Shown: positions 9,588 through 18,458 of the stretch, one piece after another | Layout: each line of letters begins with the position of its first letter | Numbering within the stretch: position 1 is the stretch's first letter | Source of the DNA: Longimicrobiales bacterium | GTDB taxonomy: Bacteria; Gemmatimonadota; Gemmatimonadetes; Longimicrobiales; Gaopeijiaceae | Direction of reading: 5' to 3' | DNA length: 64,000 nucleotides | Assembly (NCBI GenBank): GCA_965226375.1 | Contig: CBDDCX010000005.1 | Location: forward strand, 32,001 to 96,000 | Position numbers and translations under genes: made by a program | The notes under the pieces: model-generated | Databases searched by the model: none | The model's input: the letters and a program-made list of their open reading frames with translations, nothing else | What the model was told of the DNA's origin: nothing

Positions 9588-10302
9588 CGACATCGTCGAT
9601 CTCCACGATCCGTGGAGTCAGCCCGACAAGATCCACCCCCGATTCGACAGCCGGGCCTTCACCCCGGCCGAGCGCGCTCGTATTCGCGCGAGCCGCTCTG
9701 CGCATCGTCTTCGCTGGTCCCTGTGGGCGGCCAAAGAGAGCGCGTTCAAGGTCGCCCGCAAGCTCGATGGCGGCGTGCGCTTCCTTCCCCGGGAGTTCGC
9801 CGTCCGCATGCTCGGTGACGGGAGGGCAGCGGTGAGCCATCGAGTGGGGGGCTTCGGCGTTTGGTTCGAACGGGCGGACGCGTGGCTTCACGCCGTGGCG
9901 GTGCCTATGACGCCTGGCCGGCCCGGTCCGGTTCGAGAGGCTCCCGTCGGATCTGCCGAGGTGCGAGGATGTGTGTCCGAAGCGGCCCCCCTCGGGGTCG
10001 GTGCACGGATCGGTCGGGTCGAGCAGGAAGGCCGAGACTCTGCTGTCCGTAACGACGGCCCGAGCGCCCGGGTCAGGGAGGTGGCTCGGACCGCCGTCGG
10101 ATCTCTGATGAACGTTGCTCCGACAGAAATCGAGATCCTGACCGACCAGGGGATCCCCGCCCTGCAGCGCCGAGGCGAGCGTCTGCCCCTGGACCTATCG
10201 CTGTCCCATCACGGCCGCTTCGTCGCCTGCGCTTGGGCCGTGAACGATGCGGAAGAGTCTGTCACGGTCCTCATCAACCGGCAGGTGCCCGAGGTTCCGT
10301 GA
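9574..10302 (+). CDS. 4'-phosphopantetheinyl transferase
   Basis: TTG start gives MLVGNDIVDL; FTPAERARI, WAAKESAFK, LSLSHHGRF. Confidence 0.85.
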   Translation: MLVGNDIVDLHDPWSQPDKIHPRFDSRAFTPAERARIRASRSAHRLRWSLWAAKESAFKVARKLDGGVRFLPREFAVRMLGDGRAAVSHRVGGFGVWFERADAWLHAVAVPMTPGRPGPVREAPVGSAEVRGCVSEAAPLGVGARIGRVEQEGRDSAVRNDGPSARVREVARTAVGSLMNVAPTEIEILTDQGIPALQRRGERLPLDLSLSHHGRFVACAWAVNDAEESVTVLINRQVPEVP

Positions 10303-10321
10303 GTCGACGAGGCCACGGGTT

Positions 10322-12433
10322 CTAGTCGGAAGCAGGCTCGACCGGTCTTCGCTTGAAGCGTCGTCCCAGGATCATGAGGCCGGCAGGCTCCCCGATCACC
10401 GTGAGTCGGTCATCTTCTTCGAGCACCGTCGCACCCCGGGGAATGATGATCTCCGACTCGCGATTCACCAGGGCGATAAGTGTGCCTTCGGGCATGTCCA
10501 CGTCCTTCAGGGCCAGACCGATGAGTGATGCGGCGGGAGTATCGGTGGCAAGCGTAAGCGCCAAGACCCTCTCGTCCCGCAGCACGGCTTCCTTCAGCTC
10601 CTGGTGATTGGACGCCGATATCCAGGCTTCCATGAAGTCCTCCCTGTCCACACGACCCGCGATCTGGGCCAGGATGCGGAGGTGCTGCCCGGGGTCCTTC
10701 TCGGGGCTGACCAAGAAGAATACGGCTCGCACGGCTTCAGGCTGCTCTTCGCTGGCTCCGGCCGGGGATTCCACGTCCATCTCGATCCCGTGGGAACAGC
10801 GCACCAGTACCATCTTGGAGGACTCGATCGTCGTGAGACGAAGGTGCGGGAGCGCCACGCCGTGCGAGACCGGAGTCATGCCCACGACGGTCCCCTTGAG
10901 GAAGCCCTCGCCCAACTTCTTGGCCGACGTGTTGCAGCTTTCCGAAAGAAAGGCGGCCGCCTCCCAAATGACGTTTCGGAAGCTCGTGCCTCCCGGCACA
11001 TCGATGATGGCTGCCGAGGCCACCACTTCCTCAAAGGGATCGGCGTCCCGGAGCCCCTTCTCCTTCATGATCTCCCGGAGCTCGCGGTCCAGGCCCACGT
11101 CCCGCTGTCGACCGAGCCTCTCGAAGACGTGCAGAATGGCGCCCTCGCGGTCTACCCGGTCACGAGCATAGTAGGTATACCAGATCGCTCCGAACGCGAC
11201 GAGGCCTCCCGTAAACAGGCTGGAGAGGAATCCCATCTGGACGACCATCCAAAAGGGCGCCAATACTCCCAGCACGTGGAGCCAGGGGTAGAAAGGTGAG
11301 TGATAGCCCGGGTCGTACGACTCGATGCGGCTCTCCCTCATCACGATTACCGCTAGACAGCTCAGCCCGAACATCATGAGCTGAAAAGCCCCAGCCAGCT
11401 TGGCAATCTTGGTCGGGTCGAACAAGACGACGAAGGTCAGGATCAGTGCGACCGTCGTGTAGATGGCGCGTACAGGCGCACCACCGGCCTGAATCTTGGA
11501 GAAGAACCGTGGCAGCACGTTGTCGCGACTCATCGCCAGCGGATACCGGGAGGCGCTCATGACGCCGGCGTTGGCGACAGACGAGAAGGCGAGGACGGCG
11601 GCCCCGGTCACCAGCATTTTCCCCCAGGGCCCCACCAGGACCTCGGCCACCGTTGCAACCGGGGTCAGGTCACCGCCGTTGCGGGCCAGGGTCTCGGCGG
11701 AGACGACACCCACCATGACCGTTGTGCCGACGGAATAGACGACGATGGCGGTGGTGAAGGCGAGAAACATCCCCAAGGGGAGGTTCCGCTCGGGGTCCCG
11801 AACCTCTTCCGCCACGCTCGCGACTTGGGTGAGGCCCATGTAGCTGATGATGACCAGGCCCGCGGTGGAGACGATACCGGTGGGCTCCTGACCGAACATG
11901 CCCGCCAGGTTCGCCGGCTCCAGGCTCATGAATCCGGCACCCGTAAACCACGCCAGGATCACCAGGAGGCCGGCCACCATGAAGCCCTGGGCTCGGGTGG
12001 AATTCTTGGCTCCCAGGATGTTGACGAATCCAAACAGGATGGCGAAACCCATCGCAATGGGTACGACGTTGAGGTCGGGAAGAAACAGACCGAGATACGC
12101 CCCAACGCCGATAAGGGCGAAAGCAGCCTTGAGAGAGACGGCGATCCAGGTGCCGAAGCCACCCACCGTACCGACGAGCGGGCCCATGCTGCGATCCAGG
12201 AAGTAGTACACCCCCCCGGCGCGTGGCATGGCTGTGGAGAGTTCGACCATGCTGACCAGGCCTGGAACGAGGAGTAGGCCGGCCAGCACATAGGCCAGCG
12301 GGAGTCCGGGTCCGGCCCCGACCGCAGCAAGGCCTGGAAGCAGGAAAAAGCCGGAGCTCAGCGTGGCGCCCGTGGCGATGACGTAGACATCCCATAGGCC
12401 GAGTTGCTTCTTGAGCAGCTTCGGTTTCTTCAT
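10322..12433 (-). CDS. APC-family amino acid permease fused to PTS EIIA-like and RCK_C (TrkA_C) domains
   Basis: GATLSSGFFLLPG, ELSTAMPRAGGVY, AEEVRDPERNLP; then HGVALPHLR..HLRILAQIA (EIIA); then LIGLALKDVDMPEGTLIALVNRESEIIIPRGATVLEEDDRLTVIG (RCK_C). Confidence 0.88.
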   Translation of the reverse strand: MKKPKLLKKQLGLWDVYVIATGATLSSGFFLLPGLAAVGAGPGLPLAYVLAGLLLVPGLVSMVELSTAMPRAGGVYYFLDRSMGPLVGTVGGFGTWIAVSLKAAFALIGVGAYLGLFLPDLNVVPIAMGFAILFGFVNILGAKNSTRAQGFMVAGLLVILAWFTGAGFMSLEPANLAGMFGQEPTGIVSTAGLVIISYMGLTQVASVAEEVRDPERNLPLGMFLAFTTAIVVYSVGTTVMVGVVSAETLARNGGDLTPVATVAEVLVGPWGKMLVTGAAVLAFSSVANAGVMSASRYPLAMSRDNVLPRFFSKIQAGGAPVRAIYTTVALILTFVVLFDPTKIAKLAGAFQLMMFGLSCLAVIVMRESRIESYDPGYHSPFYPWLHVLGVLAPFWMVVQMGFLSSLFTGGLVAFGAIWYTYYARDRVDREGAILHVFERLGRQRDVGLDRELREIMKEKGLRDADPFEEVVASAAIIDVPGGTSFRNVIWEAAAFLSESCNTSAKKLGEGFLKGTVVGMTPVSHGVALPHLRLTTIESSKMVLVRCSHGIEMDVESPAGASEEQPEAVRAVFFLVSPEKDPGQHLRILAQIAGRVDREDFMEAWISASNHQELKEAVLRDERVLALTLATDTPAASLIGLALKDVDMPEGTLIALVNRESEIIIPRGATVLEEDDRLTVIGEPAGLMILGRRFKRRPVEPASD

Positions 12434-13722
12434 GGACTGCGGTAGACCTCTCCATCCTTCATCACGAAACGGACATTGCGCAGGGCGGAAATGTCCTTCG
12501 TGGGATCGCCCTCGACCGCCACGAAGTCAGCGAGGAGACCCTCTTCGACTCGACCCACACGGTCGTCGATCCCGAAGGTTCGGGCGTTTCCGGAAGTCGC
12601 GGCCATCAGTGCGGCCCTGGTGTCCATTCCGTAGTCCACCATCAGCTCGAGCTCGAGCACGTTGTTGCCGTGTGTGTACACGCCGATGTCACCTCCAAAG
12701 CAGATGGTGACCCCCGAAGCCAGTGCGCGGGCGAAGCTCGCACGCTTCCGTGTGATGCTCTCGGGGTCGGGATCGACGCCCGGGCGCCAGCCCGAATACG
12801 TCCGGATGGAATGGCCCGCGGCCAGCGTCGGGCAGAAGGCGACTCCATGCTCGGCCATGAACCGAAACGACTCGTCGGTGGCGCTGTTGCCGTGCTCGAT
12901 GGTCGTGACCCCAGCCAACGTGGCCCGGCGGATACCCTCCGGGGTCGAGGCATGTGCGACGACCGGCCGCCCAGACGTGTTGGCGACCTTCACGATGGTC
13001 TCGAGCTCCTCCAGAGTGAAGGCGGGTGCAGTGGTTCCGTTGGGACCCCACCGATAGTCGGCGTAGACCTTAATAAAGTCGGCTCCCCGGCCGATCTGGT
13101 CTCGCGTGACCCGAATGAGATCGTCGTACCCGTCCGCCTCCTGGGCGCCCTTGGGCAGATCGAGCTCGGGCGCGCCCTTCGGGTTGTAGCTGCCGGTCGC
13201 GACGATCGCCTTCGTTGCTATGAGAAGGCGTGGGCCGGGGATCACTCCGCGATCGATGGCCTGCTTGATGCCGACGTCGGCGAACCCGGCTCCCTCCGAT
13301 CCCAGGTCGCGCATCGTGGTCACACCCGCCATGAGGCTGTTCTTCACGTGAACTGTCGCGCGAGCCGTGCGGAGGCCCAGCGATTCGTTCAGAACCTGAT
13401 CCGTCCACGCGGTCTCGTTGTATGGGTGGAGTAGGATGTGGGAATGGCCTTCGATAAGCCCCGGAAGCAGCGTGGTTCCCGGGAGCTCGATCTCGACGGT
13501 TCCGCCGGGCGCGTCGACCTCGGCCGCCGGGCCGGCGGCCGCGATGCGATTCCCGCGTACCAGGACGACCCATCCCGGATGAAGCACCTCTCCGTCGAAC
13601 ACATTCGATGGCCGGAGAAGGGTGGTTTGCTGAGCCGCCAGTTGGGGCGTGGAGAGCAACGCGGCGCAGACGGCGATCAGGCAGGAGGTGAGAACGAACC
13701 GAGCGTCGACAGTGATACGCAT
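12430..13722 (-). CDS. Secreted metal-dependent amidohydrolase (Xaa-Pro dipeptidase-like)
   Basis: Signal peptide; LLPGLIEGHSH, ADFIKVY, VVAHA, TIEHG, GGDIG, GLLADFVAVEGDP. Confidence 0.88.
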   Translation of the reverse strand: MRITVDARFVLTSCLIAVCAALLSTPQLAAQQTTLLRPSNVFDGEVLHPGWVVLVRGNRIAAAGPAAEVDAPGGTVEIELPGTTLLPGLIEGHSHILLHPYNETAWTDQVLNESLGLRTARATVHVKNSLMAGVTTMRDLGSEGAGFADVGIKQAIDRGVIPGPRLLIATKAIVATGSYNPKGAPELDLPKGAQEADGYDDLIRVTRDQIGRGADFIKVYADYRWGPNGTTAPAFTLEELETIVKVANTSGRPVVAHASTPEGIRRATLAGVTTIEHGNSATDESFRFMAEHGVAFCPTLAAGHSIRTYSGWRPGVDPDPESITRKRASFARALASGVTICFGGDIGVYTHGNNVLELELMVDYGMDTRAALMAATSGNARTFGIDDRVGRVEEGLLADFVAVEGDPTKDISALRNVRFVMKDGEVYRSP

Positions 13723-13878
13723 CGCACTTTCCGAGTGAGGAGGCGGACTTTGGCTACCCTTTTCTGAGTAACCGGCGGGGAGGGACCCTTCACACAAGAG
13801 GGCTGTGCAGTCCCTGACCGTCAAGCCGTCAGGGCCGTCTACAGGCTCAGGGTCGTGCGGGTGGCTCCGAGACCCCGG

Positions 13879-14091
13879 CTAGTGTGGTGTAGCAGAAGTC
13901 ATGCTGCCATTCGGACGCGTCCGCATCCCGCGACCCACTCGCTTCACGAGCGGGTGCCCCCTGCGTTGCTTCTCCTCGGACCACGGCCTTCGGCCGCGGT
14001 GCCCGCGGTGCTATTCCTCGTCGGCGCGCCTTGATCTGCGGGCGCGGATCGCGCCCTCGGTGGCTACCAGACTTCTGCTACACCACACTAG
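13879..14091. mobile_element. MITE-like non-autonomous element (213 bp), CTAG-ended, possibly IS630-related
   Basis: Perfect 22-bp terminal inverted repeats ctagtgtggtgtagcagaagtc (13879-13900) / gacttctgctacaccacactag (14070-14091); no transposase; nested internal hairpins. Confidence 0.85.
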
Positions 14092-14104
14092 TGCAGTTGG
14101 CCGC

Positions 14105-15925
14105 TCACTCCCACTCGATCGTGCCTGGAGGTTTCGAGGTGATGTCGAGTGCCAGGCTGGACACACCGGGGAGGTCCAGGATCTGTTCGCGTAGATCGTT
14201 CAGCAAATCCGTAGGGAGCTCCACGGGAGAGGCCGTCATGGCTCTCTGTGACCGGATGGGCCGGACGACCACCATCTCGCCTTCTCGCCCGCCGACCTCG
14301 ATGGGAACGAGCACCGTCGGACATTGCCAGATCTCGTCATAGAGGTCGCGCCGGCGCAGCGCCTGCATGACGATGTCATCGGCCTCCCGCAGCGTGTCGA
14401 GTCGCGCCCGGGTAACTGTGGCCGCGATGGGTCGGGCCGTGGTCGGCGCTTCCGACGCCAGGTTCCAGATGCAGCGATTGATTCCGGGGATTTTCGCCGT
14501 GAGCAGCGACGCGGCATCGAGCAGGGTCGACCAAGCGACGTCTCCAGAGAGCAAGACAGGGTGCTCGTACGCCCGAAGATCGGCCTTCACGCCTACCGAA
14601 CGGATGGGAAGGACGAGCGCCTCGAGCCCGAACAGGCTCGCGGCCTCGGGCACCGAGTCGTGAGCCCCCTCGAGGCCCTCGACGTCCGGGACACCGTCGC
14701 TACAGAGGAGCCGGACGCCGAGGCCGGGCCCCGGGAAGGGATGGCGCCAAAGAGCCCCGTGGGGGATACCCAGCCGCTCCCCGAGCTCTCGCACCTCTAC
14801 CTTGTAGAGTTCGGCGAGGGGCTCCACCACAATTCCGCGGGCGATCATCTCCTGGATGACCGGCACCCGATTGTGGTGCGTCTTGATCGTGTCGGACCGC
14901 TTGGTGGCGCCCGTCTCGATGGTGTCCGGGTAGATCGTGCCCTGGCCCAGGAGATGGTCCTCGACACCCAATTCCCGAGCCTTCTCCTGAAAGACGCGGA
15001 TGAAGGTGTCTCCGATGATCCGGCGCTTCTCTTCCGGATCGATGGCCGTGGCCAGAGCGTCGAGGAAGGTGTCGCTCGCGTCTACGAAATGGAGATTCGT
15101 GTCGAGCCCCAGTTCCCCGAAGAGGTCCAACACTGCCCGGCTCTCGTCCTTCCGCATGAGCCCATTGTCTACGTGGAGGAGGTGCAGCCGTTCGGGGCCC
15201 AGCGCCTGTCCGATGACGGCGGCCGCAACTGTAGAGTCGACCCCGCCCGACGCCAAAAGGAAGACGGAGCGATCTCCGACCTGCTCGCTCACGCGGTTTC
15301 GTTGCTCCTCGATGAAGGCGTCCATGGACCAGGAGGCCGTACAGCCGCAGATGCCGAACACGAAATTTGCGATCATGTCGTCGCCCCGGATCGTGTCGTC
15401 GACCTCGGGGTGGAACTGAAACCCGTAACGTCGAAGCGAGTCTGAGCCGATGGCGGCGAAGCGGTGGTCGGGCGAGCCCTCGGCCGTCACCGTGTAACCC
15501 AGTTCCCGAAACTCCGGGCCGACTTCGACCACGGAGTCGTAGTGACTCATCCAAACGGGCTCTACCTCGTCGAGCCCCCGGAACAACGCATGATCCGGGT
15601 CTACGTGTAGATCGGCCCGACCCCATTCTCGTCCCCCGTGGACAATACGACCGCCATAGTGTTTGGCTATCTCCTGATGGCCGAAGCAGAAGCCCAGGAT
15701 GGGCGTGTCCAGGTCGTAGATCTCCTTGGTGTAGTCGGAGTCCTCGCCATGGGATGCAAGGCTGGGGCTGCCGGAGATGATGATCCCGCGATAGCCCTGG
15801 AAGGCGTCGATGGGGTCTTCAGGCTGCCGAATCTCGGCCAATACACCCCGCCGGCGAACCTTGTTGGCGATGAGGTGGGCGTACTGCCCTCCGAAGTCTA
15901 TGACGGCGATGCTATCGTGTGCCAT
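14105..15925 (-). CDS. guaA: GMP synthase (glutamine-hydrolysing)
   Basis: IDFGGQYAHLIA, GFCFGHQ, QFHPEV, SGGVDSTVAA, QGTIYPD, IKTHHN, RHPFPGPGLGVR, DITSKPPGTIEWE. Confidence 0.97.
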   Translation of the reverse strand: MAHDSIAVIDFGGQYAHLIANKVRRRGVLAEIRQPEDPIDAFQGYRGIIISGSPSLASHGEDSDYTKEIYDLDTPILGFCFGHQEIAKHYGGRIVHGGREWGRADLHVDPDHALFRGLDEVEPVWMSHYDSVVEVGPEFRELGYTVTAEGSPDHRFAAIGSDSLRRYGFQFHPEVDDTIRGDDMIANFVFGICGCTASWSMDAFIEEQRNRVSEQVGDRSVFLLASGGVDSTVAAAVIGQALGPERLHLLHVDNGLMRKDESRAVLDLFGELGLDTNLHFVDASDTFLDALATAIDPEEKRRIIGDTFIRVFQEKARELGVEDHLLGQGTIYPDTIETGATKRSDTIKTHHNRVPVIQEMIARGIVVEPLAELYKVEVRELGERLGIPHGALWRHPFPGPGLGVRLLCSDGVPDVEGLEGAHDSVPEAASLFGLEALVLPIRSVGVKADLRAYEHPVLLSGDVAWSTLLDAASLLTAKIPGINRCIWNLASEAPTTARPIAATVTRARLDTLREADDIVMQALRRRDLYDEIWQCPTVLVPIEVGGREGEMVVVRPIRSQRAMTASPVELPTDLLNDLREQILDLPGVSSLALDITSKPPGTIEWE

Positions 15926-16136
15926 TGCTACCGTGAAGCCCTAGGAGGCATAGGTGGACCGTCGCGTTTGCGGCCCTCAGGGACCCAGATTACCAAGACC
16001 GGCCTTGGGTGGGAAGGGACGGGGTCACCTGTGGTAGGAGTCGGACTTGGGCGCGAGGCCCATTCGCTTTAGAATTGCTCTCTTGTTCGACAGTCTGTTC
16101 ATGGTGCCACGTGAAAATGGAGGAAAATGACGGCGT

Positions 16137-16913
16137 ATGGTTAGGGCTACCGCCAAGAAGGCCGCGATGGCTTGTCTGGTGGCCGCATTTGGTGTTCAGA
16201 CCACCCTCGTCTACACGGACACGCGTCAGGACCCTCTGTCCGAGGCGGCCCTTCGCGGTCGTTCCCTATGGCACGACAATGCCTGCCAGGTCTGCCACCA
16301 GGTGTATGGGCAGGGTGGCTTTCTGGGTCCGGATCTTACCAACGCCGCCAGCCGCATGGACAGATCCCGGCTCGAATCGCTCCTGACTGTGGGCAGCGGA
16401 CAGATGCCGCCGTTTCACTTCACGCCAGAGCAGATCGACGCCGTCGCCGCCTATCTCGAGGCGTTGGATCGCCCCGATTTGGGTCAGGGACAGCTGCGCC
16501 TCGGATCCGCACCGGAAGGGAGCGGGCCCTGGGGAGTCTTCGATGCGGTGGTGGATGATGCTTTGAGTACGGCGTCCCCCGAAGCGAGTGCCGGATATGT
16601 GGCGTTCAAAGCCCGGCCTTGTAGCAGCTGTCACCTTCCCTTGAGCGACTCTCCGGTAGGCGCCCCTGATCTTTCCACGGTCACGGGGCGTCTCAGTTCG
16701 GGGGAGCTGGAGCAGGTGCTCATGGTGGGTCGCCCGGCGGCGGGGATGCCGCCCCCGATTCCGGCTTTCGAGCCGTCAGAGCGGGAGGCGGTGGTCGAGT
16801 TCCTCCGCTGGCTGAGTGACAACCGGGAAGAGCTCGAGGTGAGCTTGGCCAGAGGGTCGTCGGGAGCGGCACCCATCGATTGGGGACGAGTGCCGTGGTG
16901 GGAGTTCCGATGA
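16137..16913 (+). CDS. Membrane-anchored di-heme c-type cytochrome, NorC-like
   Basis: N-terminal hydrophobic helix; GRSLWHDNACQVCH..GPDLTN..GQMPPFHF (NorC-like) plus a second domain CSSCH..APDLS..GMPPP. Confidence 0.85.
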   Translation: MVRATAKKAAMACLVAAFGVQTTLVYTDTRQDPLSEAALRGRSLWHDNACQVCHQVYGQGGFLGPDLTNAASRMDRSRLESLLTVGSGQMPPFHFTPEQIDAVAAYLEALDRPDLGQGQLRLGSAPEGSGPWGVFDAVVDDALSTASPEASAGYVAFKARPCSSCHLPLSDSPVGAPDLSTVTGRLSSGELEQVLMVGRPAAGMPPPIPAFEPSEREAVVEFLRWLSDNREELEVSLARGSSGAAPIDWGRVPWWEFR

Positions 16914-18424
16914 GCCGGGTGAGCGAGCAGGGGGGAGGGACCGGCACGCTGGAGCGACCTGCAGCTGCGGAGCCGGCCTTGGTCGGCACCGAGCTGCGGA
17001 TCCTTCCGTTCGAGGATGCCGACCCGGTACGTCAGTTCGCGACGCTGACCTTCGTGCGTGGCGGGCTCATCGCGATTGCCATCACGCTCGTGGGTGGTCT
17101 GCTCGGGGCCCTGTATTCGGTCCCGTCCCTAGCGCCCACCTTCCAGTCCCTCGGTCTCGACTTGAGGCAGCTACGCCCCATTCACACAACGTTCGCCTCT
17201 GCATGGATCTTTCTCGGCGGCATGGCCGTGGTTCATCGCTACCTCATGGATCACGGAGGTCCGGCCACATCAGGAGATCGCTGGAGGCTGCGGGTGCAGG
17301 TACTCTGCTGGGCTGCGGCAGGCTTTGGAATCCTCGTCACACTCCTGGCCGGTGTCGGTTCGGGTCGGGAGTACGTGGGTTTTCACCCGGCCTTCTCGGT
17401 ACTCATCCTGGTCGGTTGGCTCTGCTACGCCTGGAACTTCTTCCGCGTCGTCGGACCCGGCTTCTGGAACCGCCCCCTCTACGTGACGATGTGGGGCGTC
17501 GGGACGGTGTTCTTCGTCTACACGTTCCTTGAACAGCATGCTTACCTCCTTTCTGGGTTATGGGAAGATCCGGTGCAGGATCTGCGGGTCCAATGGAAGG
17601 CGACCGGCACCATGGTGGGGACCTTCAACCTCTTCGTGTACGGCTCCGTCATCTACATCGGAGAGCGCATCTCCGGGGATGCCGAGTACGGACATTCACG
17701 GACCGCGTACGCGCTGTTCACGGTAAGCCTCCTGAACTCCTTCACGAATTTTGCGCACCACACCTACCATCTCCCCCAGCGTGAGCTCGTGAAGTGGATC
17801 GCATTCGTGGTGAGCATGATGGAGGTGATCATTCTGGTCCGGGCCGTTTCGGACCTGGTCAAGCTGGTGCGGACCCAGGAGGACAGGCCGTTCTGTGCCA
17901 CCAGGGGCAGCTTCGCCGCCGCCAAGTACTGGTCTGTGGCTATCGTCGGCTCCGCGGTGCTGATCTCCATTCCGCCGCTGAACGCGATCATCCATGGCAC
18001 GTATGCAGTTACGGGTCACGCCATGGGAGCCACGATCGGAATCGACACGATGATCCTGTTGGGCGCCGTGATCTGGATCGTGGGCGAATACCTGAGGGCC
18101 CGGGGGGACGAAGTCGCCTCGGATCCGCTTCACTGCACGCAAATGAGGTGGTCGGTCATAGGTCTCAATGTCGGGGTCGCCCTCCTGGTGCTGTGGCTCC
18201 ACGTGGTGGGTGTGGTCACGGGCGTCACCCGCATGCGCCTTGCACCGGCGGAGACGTATATCCCACCGGCCTGGCTCGGGGCGTCGTCGGGAGTCGTTTT
18301 CGCGCTCACAGGGGCGATCGCCTTCGTCTTCTTCGGTTCGGTCCTCGCCACGCTGATCCCTCTTTCATTCCCGGAATTTCCTAGTTTAAGGTCTTGCGGT
18401 TCTCGCTCAAGAGTGCGATATTGA
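16910..18424 (+). CDS. Divergent heme-copper oxidase superfamily subunit I (NorB-like); last codons replaced by IS sequence
   Basis: About 12 TM helices; LRPIHTT, GREY, NFAHHTYH, SMMEV, IHGTYAVTGHAM; ATGA-coupled to the cytochrome c gene. Confidence 0.8.
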   Translation: MSRVSEQGGGTGTLERPAAAEPALVGTELRILPFEDADPVRQFATLTFVRGGLIAIAITLVGGLLGALYSVPSLAPTFQSLGLDLRQLRPIHTTFASAWIFLGGMAVVHRYLMDHGGPATSGDRWRLRVQVLCWAAAGFGILVTLLAGVGSGREYVGFHPAFSVLILVGWLCYAWNFFRVVGPGFWNRPLYVTMWGVGTVFFVYTFLEQHAYLLSGLWEDPVQDLRVQWKATGTMVGTFNLFVYGSVIYIGERISGDAEYGHSRTAYALFTVSLLNSFTNFAHHTYHLPQRELVKWIAFVVSMMEVIILVRAVSDLVKLVRTQEDRPFCATRGSFAAAKYWSVAIVGSAVLISIPPLNAIIHGTYAVTGHAMGATIGIDTMILLGAVIWIVGEYLRARGDEVASDPLHCTQMRWSVIGLNVGVALLVLWLHVVGVVTGVTRMRLAPAETYIPPAWLGASSGVVFALTGAIAFVFFGSVLATLIPLSFPEFPSLRSCGSRSRVRY

Positions 18425-18458
18425 ATCTGTCACCGAACCCCGGACAGGCGAGTACCGC

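Noticed and set aside
16910..18424. Calling the gene norB, ccoN or nod
   Set aside because: Missing helix-VI His/Glu and HxH->HAM fit none of these as I know them, so no symbol was given.
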